This document shows positions 27,807-35,571 of a stretch of 36,264 nucleotides of DNA, in pieces. The notes under the pieces are model-generated. The model was given only the letters and a program-made list of their open reading frames with translations. It made no database searches and had not been told where the DNA came from. This DNA comes from a bacterium (lineage in GTDB: Bacteria; Desulfobacterota; Binatia; HRBIN30; CADEER01), in assembly GCA_039934135.1 (NCBI GenBank), contig JBDTMT010000002.1, forward strand, positions 1 through 36,264, given 5' to 3'. Both the position numbers and the translations under genes were made by a program. Positions within the stretch are counted from its first letter, which is position 1, and the number at the start of each line of letters is the position of its first letter.

Positions 27807-29207
27807 ATGCGCAACGACGACCTATGCTGGCTCGGCATTGCCGAGGCGAGTGATCTGTTGGCGAAGGCCGAGCTGTCGCCGGTCGAACTGACCGAGGCGG
27901 TGTGCGAACGCATCGCGCGACTCAACGGTCGGCTGCACGCGTACCTGACCGTGCTGCCCGAGCGAGCCCTCGCCGCGGCGCGAACTGCCGAGCGCGAGCT
28001 CGCCGCCGGACAGCGGCGCGGGCCGCTGCATGGCGTACCGGTTGCCGTGAAAGACCTCTGCGATCTGCGCGGCACGGTGACCAGCTGCGCCTCCACCGTG
28101 CGCGGCGGCGCCGTGGCGCAGCACGACGCCGCGGTGGTGTCGCGGCTCGAAGCCGCCGGGGCGGTGATCGTCGGCAAGACACACCTGACCGAATTCGCCA
28201 TGGCCACCTATCACCCGACGCTGCCGCGACCGGTCAATCCGTGGCGCGCCGACTGCGACACCGGCGGCTCGTCGAGCGGTTCGGGCGTCGCCGTGGCGGC
28301 GGGTCTCGCCGCCGGCGCGATCGGCACCGACACCGGCGGCTCGATCCGCATTCCGTCGTCGTGGTGCGGCGTCACCGGTCTGAAGCCCACCTACGGACGC
28401 GTCAGCCGCGCCGGCGTCTTCCCGCTCGGCCACTCGCTCGATCACGTCGGCCCGATGGCGCGCAGCGCCGCCGATGCGGCGCTGATGCTCGACGCCATCG
28501 CCGGATTCGATGTCGCCGACCCGACGACGCTGCGCGACGCGCCGCGCTCGTGCGCCGCCGAGCTGACTGCTGGAGCGCGCGGCGTGCGTATCGGCTGGGA
28601 CGAACGCTTCGTCTGCGACGGCGCGCCGGCGGCGGTGGCCGATGCGGTGCGCGCCGCGGTCGAGGCGCTCGCCGCTCTCGGCGCTCAGGTGGTCGAGGTG
28701 ACCGTCCCGCCGGTCGACGAGGTGGTGCATGCCTGGCCGGTGCTGTGCGCCGCCGAGGCGTTAGCTGCGCACCGCGAGACCTATCCGAGCCGCGCCGCGG
28801 CCTACGGCCCCGGCTTCCGCTCGTTTCTCGAGTTCGGCGCGTCCGTGTCGGGAGCCGACTACGCGCGCCATCACGAACTGCGGCTCAACTGGGTCGGCCG
28901 CCTGCAGGCGGTGTTCCAGGATGCCGACGTGCTGGCCTGTCCCTCGACCTTCATGACCGCCATCCCCAGCGGCGTCATCGACGCCGACGAAACCTTCTCC
29001 CCCGCCATCGCGCCGTTTCTGCGCTTCACCGCGCCGTTCAACTTCAGCGGCAGTCCAACATTGTCGATGCCGTGCGGCTTCACGCCCGACGGTCTGCCGC
29101 ACAGCCTGCAGCTCGTCGGCCGGCACGGCGCCGAACCGCTGCTGTGCCGCGTCGGCCACGCCTACCAACAGGCGACCGACTGGCACCGGCGCCACCCGCC
29201 GCTTTGA
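27807..29207 (+). CDS. Amidase signature family enzyme
   Basis: GPLHGVPVAVKD, IVGKT, TGGSSSGS, GTDTGGSIRIPSSWCGVTGLKPTYGRVS (Ser-Ser-Lys triad). Confidence 0.95.
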   Translation: MRNDDLCWLGIAEASDLLAKAELSPVELTEAVCERIARLNGRLHAYLTVLPERALAAARTAERELAAGQRRGPLHGVPVAVKDLCDLRGTVTSCASTVRGGAVAQHDAAVVSRLEAAGAVIVGKTHLTEFAMATYHPTLPRPVNPWRADCDTGGSSSGSGVAVAAGLAAGAIGTDTGGSIRIPSSWCGVTGLKPTYGRVSRAGVFPLGHSLDHVGPMARSAADAALMLDAIAGFDVADPTTLRDAPRSCAAELTAGARGVRIGWDERFVCDGAPAAVADAVRAAVEALAALGAQVVEVTVPPVDEVVHAWPVLCAAEALAAHRETYPSRAAAYGPGFRSFLEFGASVSGADYARHHELRLNWVGRLQAVFQDADVLACPSTFMTAIPSGVIDADETFSPAIAPFLRFTAPFNFSGSPTLSMPCGFTPDGLPHSLQLVGRHGAEPLLCRVGHAYQQATDWHRRHPPL

Positions 29208-29279
29208 ATCGGCCGCCGCAGCGCACCGCGCGGCACACGTGATTGCGCCTCTCCCGGGGGCGCGATAGCTACGCGGCAT

Positions 29280-30119
29280 ATGCGCGCGTGGGCGGCGCTG
29301 CTGGTGGCGGCGGTGGCAGTGAGTTCGGCGGCCGGCGCCACCGACACGCGTGAGCTGCGCTTCGTCCGGCAGGGCAAACAAATCGCGGCGTTGTCAGTCG
29401 ACGCGTTGGCCAAAGCGTGCGGCGCGCAGACGGTCGCCATCGACGATCCGTACTACGGCCGGCGCGTGCAATTCCGCGCCTGCCCGCTGGCCGCCGTCAT
29501 TCAACTCGGCTTCGGCCAGCCGGCGACGGCGTTTGCCGGCGACTCGGTGATCTTTCGCGCCCAGGACGGCTACGCCAAGCCGGCCAGCGGCGCGCGCCTC
29601 GCGGAGCCCGGCGGCTGGATCGCCTTCGCCGATGCCGAGCACATGCGCGGCGACGATCCCGGCTGGCAGCCGATCGATCGCAAGCAGGTCGACCCGGGTC
29701 CGTTCTACCTGGTGTGGAGCGGCGCCGAGCAGCACGACGCGACGCTCTATCCGTGGCCGTATCAGTTGGTGACCATCGAGCTGGCGTCGCTCGATACGCT
29801 CTACCCGCACATCGCGCCGAGCGGCACGACGCCCGACTCGCCGGCGCAGGCGGGCTACGCGATCTTCCGCGGCGAGTGCATCGCCTGCCACGCCATCAAC
29901 GGCGAGGGCGGCACCATCGCGCCCGATCTCAACGTACCGCAGAGCATCGTCGAATACCGGCCGGCGGCGCAGATCAAAGCCTACATCCGCAACCCGCTCG
30001 CCTTTCGTTATACAAGCATGCCGGCGCATCCGAACCTCACCGACCGCCAGCTCGACGACTTGATCGCCTACTTCTCGGCCATGAAGGATCGCAAACGCGA
30101 TCCGGGTCGTACGCCGTGA
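29280..30119 (+). CDS. Exported monoheme c-type cytochrome with an N-terminal domain resembling the sulfite-oxidase molybdopterin-binding fold
   Basis: Sec-type signal (MRAWAALLVAAVAVSSAAGA); FRAQDGY and GPFYLVW motifs; C-terminal CIACH with distal Met (SMPAH) and LDDLIAYF. Confidence 0.82.
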   Translation: MRAWAALLVAAVAVSSAAGATDTRELRFVRQGKQIAALSVDALAKACGAQTVAIDDPYYGRRVQFRACPLAAVIQLGFGQPATAFAGDSVIFRAQDGYAKPASGARLAEPGGWIAFADAEHMRGDDPGWQPIDRKQVDPGPFYLVWSGAEQHDATLYPWPYQLVTIELASLDTLYPHIAPSGTTPDSPAQAGYAIFRGECIACHAINGEGGTIAPDLNVPQSIVEYRPAAQIKAYIRNPLAFRYTSMPAHPNLTDRQLDDLIAYFSAMKDRKRDPGRTP

Positions 30120-31267
30120 GCCCGATCAACGGCGCGCCACCGCTGTGCGGCACCCTGCTGCGCGGCGGCCGGCATGAGCTGGAGACGGCGCACGGCGCAT
30201 TTACCGCGCACCGATTCCTCGACCTCACGGCGCGCCAACCGGTGCTGGTGCTGACACGCGGCGAGACGCGCGGCGATGCGCCGCTGCTGGCGCGCGTGCA
30301 CTCCTCGTGTGTGACCAGCGAGAGCTTCGGCGGCGCCGATTGCGACTGTGCCGGACAACTCGACGCGGCGCTGGAGCAGATCGCGCGCGCCGGGCGCGGC
30401 GCCCTCTTCTACCTGCTGCAGGAAGGGCGCGGCGCCGGCTTGGTCGCCAAAGCCCGCGATCGCATGCTGGTGCAAGCCAGCCGCGACCGCGTCACGACCT
30501 TCGACGCCTACGCGCGCATGGGCCTCGACCGCGACTACCGGCGCTACGACGCCGTCGCCTTCGCCTGCGCGGCGCTCGGCATCGCGGCGCCGCTGGCGGT
30601 GCTGAGCAACAATCCGGAAAAGGTCGCCGCCCTGGCCGAGGCGGGCGTCGCCATCGCCGGCGTCGAATGCCTGGAGCGCGCCCCGTCGCCATTCAACCTG
30701 CACTACCTGAGCGCCAAGTCGCGCTCCGGGCATGCGCTGAGCCAGCCCGCCCCGCCAGCCGGGGCCGCGACGTTGCCCGAAATAGTGACGGCGTTCGAGC
30801 CGGCGCCGCTGGAGGGCCTGCCGCGCTTCATCCGCGTCGCCCGCTATCTGCTGCCGGTGCGCGCGCAGCCGCCCGCCGAGGGCGCCTACTGGATGCGGCT
30901 GCACGTCTACGTCGACGGCCTGAGCGGCCGCGAGCACGTCGTCTTCACGGTCGCCGGCAACAGCACCGCGACACCGCTGGTGCACGTCACCGCCGAAACG
31001 CTGCTGCGCCGTTTCCCGTTGCGCGACCGTGCCGCGGCGTGGCCGGAGGCGGTCGAGCAGCTGGCAGCTCGCGGCGCCGGCTGCGCGCTGTTCTTCCTGC
31101 ACGACGATCCGGCCCTGGCGCGCCATGCCAGCCCGGCGGCGGCGCTGGCCGGCGATCCCGATCTGGCGCGCCTGATCGCGCACCACCTGCCGGGCCGCGC
31201 CGAGTTGCTCGCCGCCGACGCGTCGCTGGCCGCAGCGCTGTCCGCCGCCGGCGTGGTCGTGTCGTGA
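30116..31267 (+). CDS. Atypical GTP cyclohydrolase II (RibA-like) with a degenerate second GCH II-like domain
   Basis: RVHSSCVTSESFGGADCDC (Zn ligands Cx10CxC), QEGRGAGL..K, DYRRY, SNNPEK, NLHYLSAKSRSGHAL. GTGA overlaps at both ends (30116-30119, 31264-31267). Confidence 0.88.
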   Translation: MSPINGAPPLCGTLLRGGRHELETAHGAFTAHRFLDLTARQPVLVLTRGETRGDAPLLARVHSSCVTSESFGGADCDCAGQLDAALEQIARAGRGALFYLLQEGRGAGLVAKARDRMLVQASRDRVTTFDAYARMGLDRDYRRYDAVAFACAALGIAAPLAVLSNNPEKVAALAEAGVAIAGVECLERAPSPFNLHYLSAKSRSGHALSQPAPPAGAATLPEIVTAFEPAPLEGLPRFIRVARYLLPVRAQPPAEGAYWMRLHVYVDGLSGREHVVFTVAGNSTATPLVHVTAETLLRRFPLRDRAAAWPEAVEQLAARGAGCALFFLHDDPALARHASPAAALAGDPDLARLIAHHLPGRAELLAADASLAAALSAAGVVVS

Positions 31268-33216
31268 CGCCGCCTCTCCCCTCAGCACCACAGGGGAGAC
31301 GTCACGACGCGAACGACGGAACCGCCAGCCCGGCGCGGCGCAGGCGCGCCGCGGCCGCGCGCCAGCTGCTGCGCCGGCGCATGGAATCGGCACCGCAGCT
31401 GATCGCGCGCGTCGCGCGCCTGATCCTGCCGACCCTGCCGCTGCTGCCGGGCGCGGCGCGCAGCGTCGTCACCACCGGCGTCGGCAGCTCGGCGGCGCAC
31501 GCCGCGCTGCTGGCGCATCTGCTCGCCGACCAGCTGGGTATCGCGGCGCGCGCCGTGCCGGCCGGGGCGTTCATCGCGCCGCTGGCCGACAGCGCGCGCG
31601 ACGTGCTGGTGGTCTTCTCGCAGGGGCTGTCGCCGAACGCGCGTCTGGCGCTGCACGACCCACAGCGCTGGTTGGCGGTTATCCTGGTTACCGCCGTAGC
31701 ACCGCGGCCGCGCGACACCGCACGGCGCGAGGCGCTGGCGGCGCTGCGCCGCGCCGGCGGCGTGGTCATGCACCTGCCCGGCGGCGCCGAGCGCGGCTTG
31801 CTGCTGCGCGTCGCCGGTCCGCTCGCCGCCAGCGCCGCGTGCTTTCGCCTCGCCGACGCCTTGGCCACCACCCTGCGCGGCGCGGCAGCGACCGACGCCG
31901 CGCTGCGGCTCGATGCGGCACGCATCGCCAGCGCCATGCGCGCCGCCGCGACGCGCGGAGCCGCCTTCGCGCGTCGTCGCGATCGCGCCGATCGTCTGCC
32001 GCAGGCGCTGTTGGCCAGCGGCGGCTACGGCGCCATCGCCGGCAACCTGGCGCTGAAGCTGAGCGAGGCGCTGCTGGTGCCGCCGCCGCCGGTCCACGAC
32101 CTGATCGACTTCGCGCACGGCCCGTTCCAGCACCTGTTCGCGGCGCCGGCGACGCTGTTCGCGCTGACGCGCCGCAACGCGCCGGGCGAGGACGCGCTGT
32201 GGGCGCGTCTGACGGCGATGCTCGATGCACCGCGCCATCGCGTCGTGCGCCTGCCGTCGACGTTGCCCGGCGCGCAAGCGCTGTTCGAACACGAGAGCTG
32301 GCTCAACGCCTTCGTGCTCGAAGTGATCGAAGCCGCCGAGCGCGATCCCGCCGACTGGCCCGGGCGCGGCAACGACGCACCGCTCTACGACGTCGCGGCG
32401 CCGTTCGCGCCGCGCCGCGTGGCGCCGCGACACACGCGCCCGACTGACAGCCTCGCCGCGCTCACCTGGCCCGAGCTGGCGCGCGCCCGCGCCGCCGGCT
32501 GCGACACCGCCGTCGTGCCGCTCGGCGCCACCGAGCAGCACGGCCCGCACCTGCCCTTCGCCACCGACACCTGGATCGCCGAGGCACTGGCGGCGCGCTT
32601 CTGCACCCGCGTGCCGCAGGCCGTAGCGGTGCCGGCGCTGCCGTTCGGCTGCTCCGCCGAGCACGGCGAGTTCGCCGGCACGCTCAGCCTCGGCTGGGAC
32701 ACGCTGCGCGCCCTGCTCGCCGATCTGTGCGCCGCGCTGGCGCGCGGCGGCTTCGCGCGCATCGTCGTGTTCTCGGCGCACGGCGGCAACGATGCGCTGC
32801 TCGCCGCGTCCGCGTCGCAGCTGTCGCGCGCGGCGCGGCCGGCGCGGCTGATCATCTGTCGCGACATCGCCGTCCTCGCCGCCGGCTGGCACCGCGCCAG
32901 CGCCGCCTTCGGTGTAACGCCCGCCGCCGCCGGCTACCATGCCGGGGAATTCGAAACCTCGCTCATCGCCGGACTGCGCCCCGAGGCGTTGCGCCGCAAC
33001 GCCTTGCGTGCCGGTCTCAGCCGCGTGCGCGGCGACGCACAGCGCCTCTTCTACCCGAGCCTGCGGCGCCGCGCGCCGAGCGGCGTGGTCGGCGATCCGC
33101 GCGGCGCCACGGCCAGCCGCGCCGCCGCCTATCTCGACGCCTGGGTCGAGGCGCTGGTGGCGCAATATCGCGGCGCGATGAAGCGCCAGACGACGAAGGG
33201 GATCCACAGGCCGTAG
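31264..33216 (+). CDS. Fusion of a double SIS (GlmS/FrlB-like sugar-phosphate isomerase) region with a creatininase-family amidohydrolase
   Basis: SIS motifs: VVTTGVGSS, VVFSQGLS, NLALKLSE, DFAHGP. Creatininase motifs from ~32461: LTWPEL, PLGATEQHGPHLPFATD, SAEH..FAGTLSL, SAHGGN, HAGEFETS, SGVVGDP..AT. Start is 31264 (GTG, coupled) or 31381 (ATG). Confidence 0.85.
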   Translation: MTPPLPSAPQGRRHDANDGTASPARRRRAAAARQLLRRRMESAPQLIARVARLILPTLPLLPGAARSVVTTGVGSSAAHAALLAHLLADQLGIAARAVPAGAFIAPLADSARDVLVVFSQGLSPNARLALHDPQRWLAVILVTAVAPRPRDTARREALAALRRAGGVVMHLPGGAERGLLLRVAGPLAASAACFRLADALATTLRGAAATDAALRLDAARIASAMRAAATRGAAFARRRDRADRLPQALLASGGYGAIAGNLALKLSEALLVPPPPVHDLIDFAHGPFQHLFAAPATLFALTRRNAPGEDALWARLTAMLDAPRHRVVRLPSTLPGAQALFEHESWLNAFVLEVIEAAERDPADWPGRGNDAPLYDVAAPFAPRRVAPRHTRPTDSLAALTWPELARARAAGCDTAVVPLGATEQHGPHLPFATDTWIAEALAARFCTRVPQAVAVPALPFGCSAEHGEFAGTLSLGWDTLRALLADLCAALARGGFARIVVFSAHGGNDALLAASASQLSRAARPARLIICRDIAVLAAGWHRASAAFGVTPAAAGYHAGEFETSLIAGLRPEALRRNALRAGLSRVRGDAQRLFYPSLRRRAPSGVVGDPRGATASRAAAYLDAWVEALVAQYRGAMKRQTTKGIHRP

Positions 33217-33875
33217 TAGAGTTGATTCGGCAGCACGCGCAGCAGCCAGCCGACGTCGAGCCCGGCGAGCTGGCTGCACACGTCGGACGTCGCCCACAGC
33301 CCGTAGTAGACCGCGACATACAGCAGCACGGCGCGTAGGTAGGCACGCAACGCCGGCGGCGCGACGTGCGTCGCGTTGCCGCGCAAAGCCAGCGCCACGG
33401 CGCAGAAGGTCACCTCGTAGATCAGCCAGATGCCGCTCGCGCTCCAGCCGGCATTGAGACGCGTCACCAGGGCGTTGGTCGGATAGGCGATCAGCGGCAC
33501 CAGCAGGGTCCAGCCGGCGGCGCGCGGCAGCGCGCTGCGCCAACTCCGCCCCGCCGCGATCGACAGCAGTCCGAACATCAGCAGATAGACGCGGAAGTCG
33601 CCGAGCAGCACGAACAGCAGCGTCACCGCCGTGCTGCCGCCGTCGCCAAAGCCGAGGACGCGCAAGAGCGGCCCGGTGGCCAGCGGATCGACCAGCGTCT
33701 CGCAGGCGAAGACCAGACCGTACGCATCGACGAACGATCGCGCCGCCGGCAGCACCCCGGCGCCGCGCGGCGCGCCGCGCACGCCGCGCCAGAGCAGATA
33801 AAGCGCCGGCATTACCAGCGGCGCCCAGGCACTCTGCGCATCCGACGCGTACAGCTCGTGCCAGGTAGCAAACAT
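33129..33875 (-). CDS. Hypothetical polytopic membrane protein
   Basis: About 7 hydrophobic segments; coding-like codon usage; 3' end overlaps the convergent fusion gene by 88 bp. Confidence 0.75.
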   Translation of the reverse strand: MFATWHELYASDAQSAWAPLVMPALYLLWRGVRGAPRGAGVLPAARSFVDAYGLVFACETLVDPLATGPLLRVLGFGDGGSTAVTLLFVLLGDFRVYLLMFGLLSIAAGRSWRSALPRAAGWTLLVPLIAYPTNALVTRLNAGWSASGIWLIYEVTFCAVALALRGNATHVAPPALRAYLRAVLLYVAVYYGLWATSDVCSQLAGLDVGWLLRVLPNQLYYGLWIPFVVWRFIAPRYCATSASTQASR

Positions 33876-33915
33876 GGATGGCCCGCCTTTCACGACGGAC
33901 GGGGCGCCGCAACCA

Positions 33916-33958
33916 GTAGCTACGGGCGTCCCGCCCGTCAGCCGCGCCGCGCGCGGCT
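33916..33958 (+). repeat. REP element, same family as the 2075-2124 and 3082-3131 copies
   Basis: GTAG-CT-ACGGGCGTCCCGCCCGT followed by the hairpin AGCCGCGCCGCGCGCGGCT. Confidence 0.75.
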
Positions 33959-33997
33959 CAATTAACGATCATTTCTCCCGCAGCCGAGGCGGCGCCC

Positions 33998-34020
33998 GAT
34001 TGTCATACCAGTTGACAATC
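33998..34020. promoter_or_regulatory. Probable FadR/GntR operator
   Basis: Perfect 8-bp inverted repeat GATTGTCA-taccagt-TGACAATC, containing TGTCATACCA (GT-N3-AC FadR-type core), 30 nt upstream of the regulator ATG. Confidence 0.65.
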
Positions 34021-34049
34021 CGGCAATCGAATGAGACTTGCCCCTTCAG

Positions 34050-34787
34050 ATGTTGAAGCCCGTACGCAAGCAATCCGTGACCGATGCCGTGTTCGAGCAG
34101 CTGCGCGATCAGATCGTCAGCGGCGAGCTGACGCCCGGGTCGCCCATGCCGGCCGAACGCGTGTTGTGCGAAGCGCTTGGCGTCAATCGCGGCGCGGTGC
34201 GCGAGGCGCTGCAGCGCCTGCAGCAGTCGCGGCTGGTATCGGTGCGCCACGGCGGCACGTCGCAAGTGCTCGACTATCGCGCCTCGGCCGGGCTCGATCT
34301 GCTGGCCGATCTGATCGTCTCGCCGAGCGGCCGATTCGACGCGCGCGTGGTCAATTCGATCATCGAGATGCGCTCGGCGCTGGCGCCCGACATCGCGCGG
34401 CGCGCCGCCGAGCGTGGCGGAACCGACGACGCCGCGGCACTCGCCGCGGTCACCGCGCGCATGGCGGCCCGCGCCGGCGATCTGCCGGCGTTGCAGGAGC
34501 TGGCGGTCGAGTTCTGGTCGCTGCTCGTCGACGCCGCCGACAACCTGGCCTATCGCCTCGCCTACAACTCGATGCGCGCCACGTACGATCAGTGTCGCGC
34601 GCTGCTGACGCAGGTGTTGGCCGACGAGATCGGCGACGTCGCGCGCTACCGCGCCATCGCCGCCGCCGTCGAGGCGCGCGACGCCGGCACGGCCGCACAG
34701 CTGGCGCGCGAGTTGGTCGAACGCGGCGAACGCGCCGTCAAGCACGCCCTGGCGCAACTCGCGCCGCATGAGGAGGTCGCCCGATGA
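34050..34787 (+). CDS. GntR family transcriptional regulator, FadR subfamily
   Basis: VFEQLRDQIVSGEL.PGS.MPAERVLCEALGVNRGAVREALQRL wHTH plus a helical FCD-like C-domain. Confidence 0.93.
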   Translation: MLKPVRKQSVTDAVFEQLRDQIVSGELTPGSPMPAERVLCEALGVNRGAVREALQRLQQSRLVSVRHGGTSQVLDYRASAGLDLLADLIVSPSGRFDARVVNSIIEMRSALAPDIARRAAERGGTDDAAALAAVTARMAARAGDLPALQELAVEFWSLLVDAADNLAYRLAYNSMRATYDQCRALLTQVLADEIGDVARYRAIAAAVEARDAGTAAQLARELVERGERAVKHALAQLAPHEEVAR

Positions 34788-35473
34788 ATGCGCCCGCTGC
34801 CCTACCCAAGGACGCGCTGTCGCTGGCCGAGTCCGACAATCCGCAGACGCTGCGCGAAGCGCTGCCGGTGTTCCTGCGCCACGGCAGCCCGCGCATCGTG
34901 CTCGCCGCGGCCGGCATCGCCGTCGTCGCCCGCCTGGCGGTGGGCGAGTGGTCGCTCGGCGATCTGGTCGCCGTCGTCGGACTGGCGCTCTACTGGCCGA
35001 TCCAGGAATGGCTGATCCACGTCTTCATCCTGCACTACCAGCCGGTGCAGGTGTTCGGCCGCAGCCTCGACTTCCGTGTGCCGCGCAAGCACCGCGAACA
35101 CCATCGGCGCCCGTGGGAGATTCCCATCCTGTTCATCCCGATGCAGTCGTTCCTCTATTCGCTGCCGCTGCTGATCGGCCTGTGGCTGATGCTGGCACCG
35201 ACGCGCGCCATCGCGCTCACCGGCATCGCCGCGCACCTGGTGCTGGCGGCGCACTACGAGTGGGTCCACTTCCTGGTCCACACGCGCGTTCAACCACGCA
35301 CCGCGCTGTACCAGCGGCTGTGGCGCAACCATCGCCTGCACCACTTCAAGAACGAGCACTACTGGTTCGGCGTCACCATGCTCTCCGGCGACCGCCTGCT
35401 GCGCACCGCCCCAGCGGTGAAAGACGTCCCGACCTCGCCGACGGCGCGGTCGCTGGTCGGCGCGGCTCGCTGA
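34784..35473 (+). CDS. Sterol desaturase / fatty acid hydroxylase family membrane di-iron enzyme
   Basis: His boxes EWLIHVFILH, HREHH, YEWVHFLVH, HRLHHF; WFGVT..GDRLL; ATGA overlap with the regulator. Confidence 0.92.
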   Translation: MNAPAALPKDALSLAESDNPQTLREALPVFLRHGSPRIVLAAAGIAVVARLAVGEWSLGDLVAVVGLALYWPIQEWLIHVFILHYQPVQVFGRSLDFRVPRKHREHHRRPWEIPILFIPMQSFLYSLPLLIGLWLMLAPTRAIALTGIAAHLVLAAHYEWVHFLVHTRVQPRTALYQRLWRNHRLHHFKNEHYWFGVTMLSGDRLLRTAPAVKDVPTSPTARSLVGAAR

Positions 35474-35559
35474 TCGCCTAACGCTTATCGCTTATCGCAG
35501 GAGACGCGCGTGCGACGTCCCGGCAACGAACGATAGGCGTTAAGCGATCAACGATAAGC
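35471..35559. repeat. Inverted heptamer array (CGCTTAT / ATAAGCG type) between convergent genes
   Basis: 35471-35490 and 35531-35550 are reverse complements at 18/20, with extra heptamer units beyond each arm. Confidence 0.82.
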
Positions 35560-35571
35560 CGCCACCCGCCT

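Noticed and set aside
27790-27807. Leaderless -10 boxes shortly before several start codons (e.g. TATCTT before 27807)
   Set aside because: Matches are short and inconsistent between genes; they cannot be supported without TSS data.
27807-29207. Amidase as gatA, or as part of the downstream operon
   Set aside because: No gatB/gatC are adjacent. A 72-bp gap separates it from the coupled three-gene unit, so linkage is unsupported though possible.
29417-30115. ORF-track starts at 29417 (616 aa) and 30307 (969 aa)
   Set aside because: The upstream parts overlap the preceding genes in another frame and are Arg-rich noise; coupled GTG starts at 30116 and 31264 fit better.
30116-31267. Calling this gene canonical ribA or ribBA
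   Set aside because: The catalytic Tyr is absent, there is no RibB domain, an extra C-terminal domain is present, and no rib genes are nearby.
32461-33216. Calling the creatininase domain mftE
   Set aside because: No mftA-D/F genes are in the window, and the SIS fusion and GCH II context favour another substrate. Not fully excluded.
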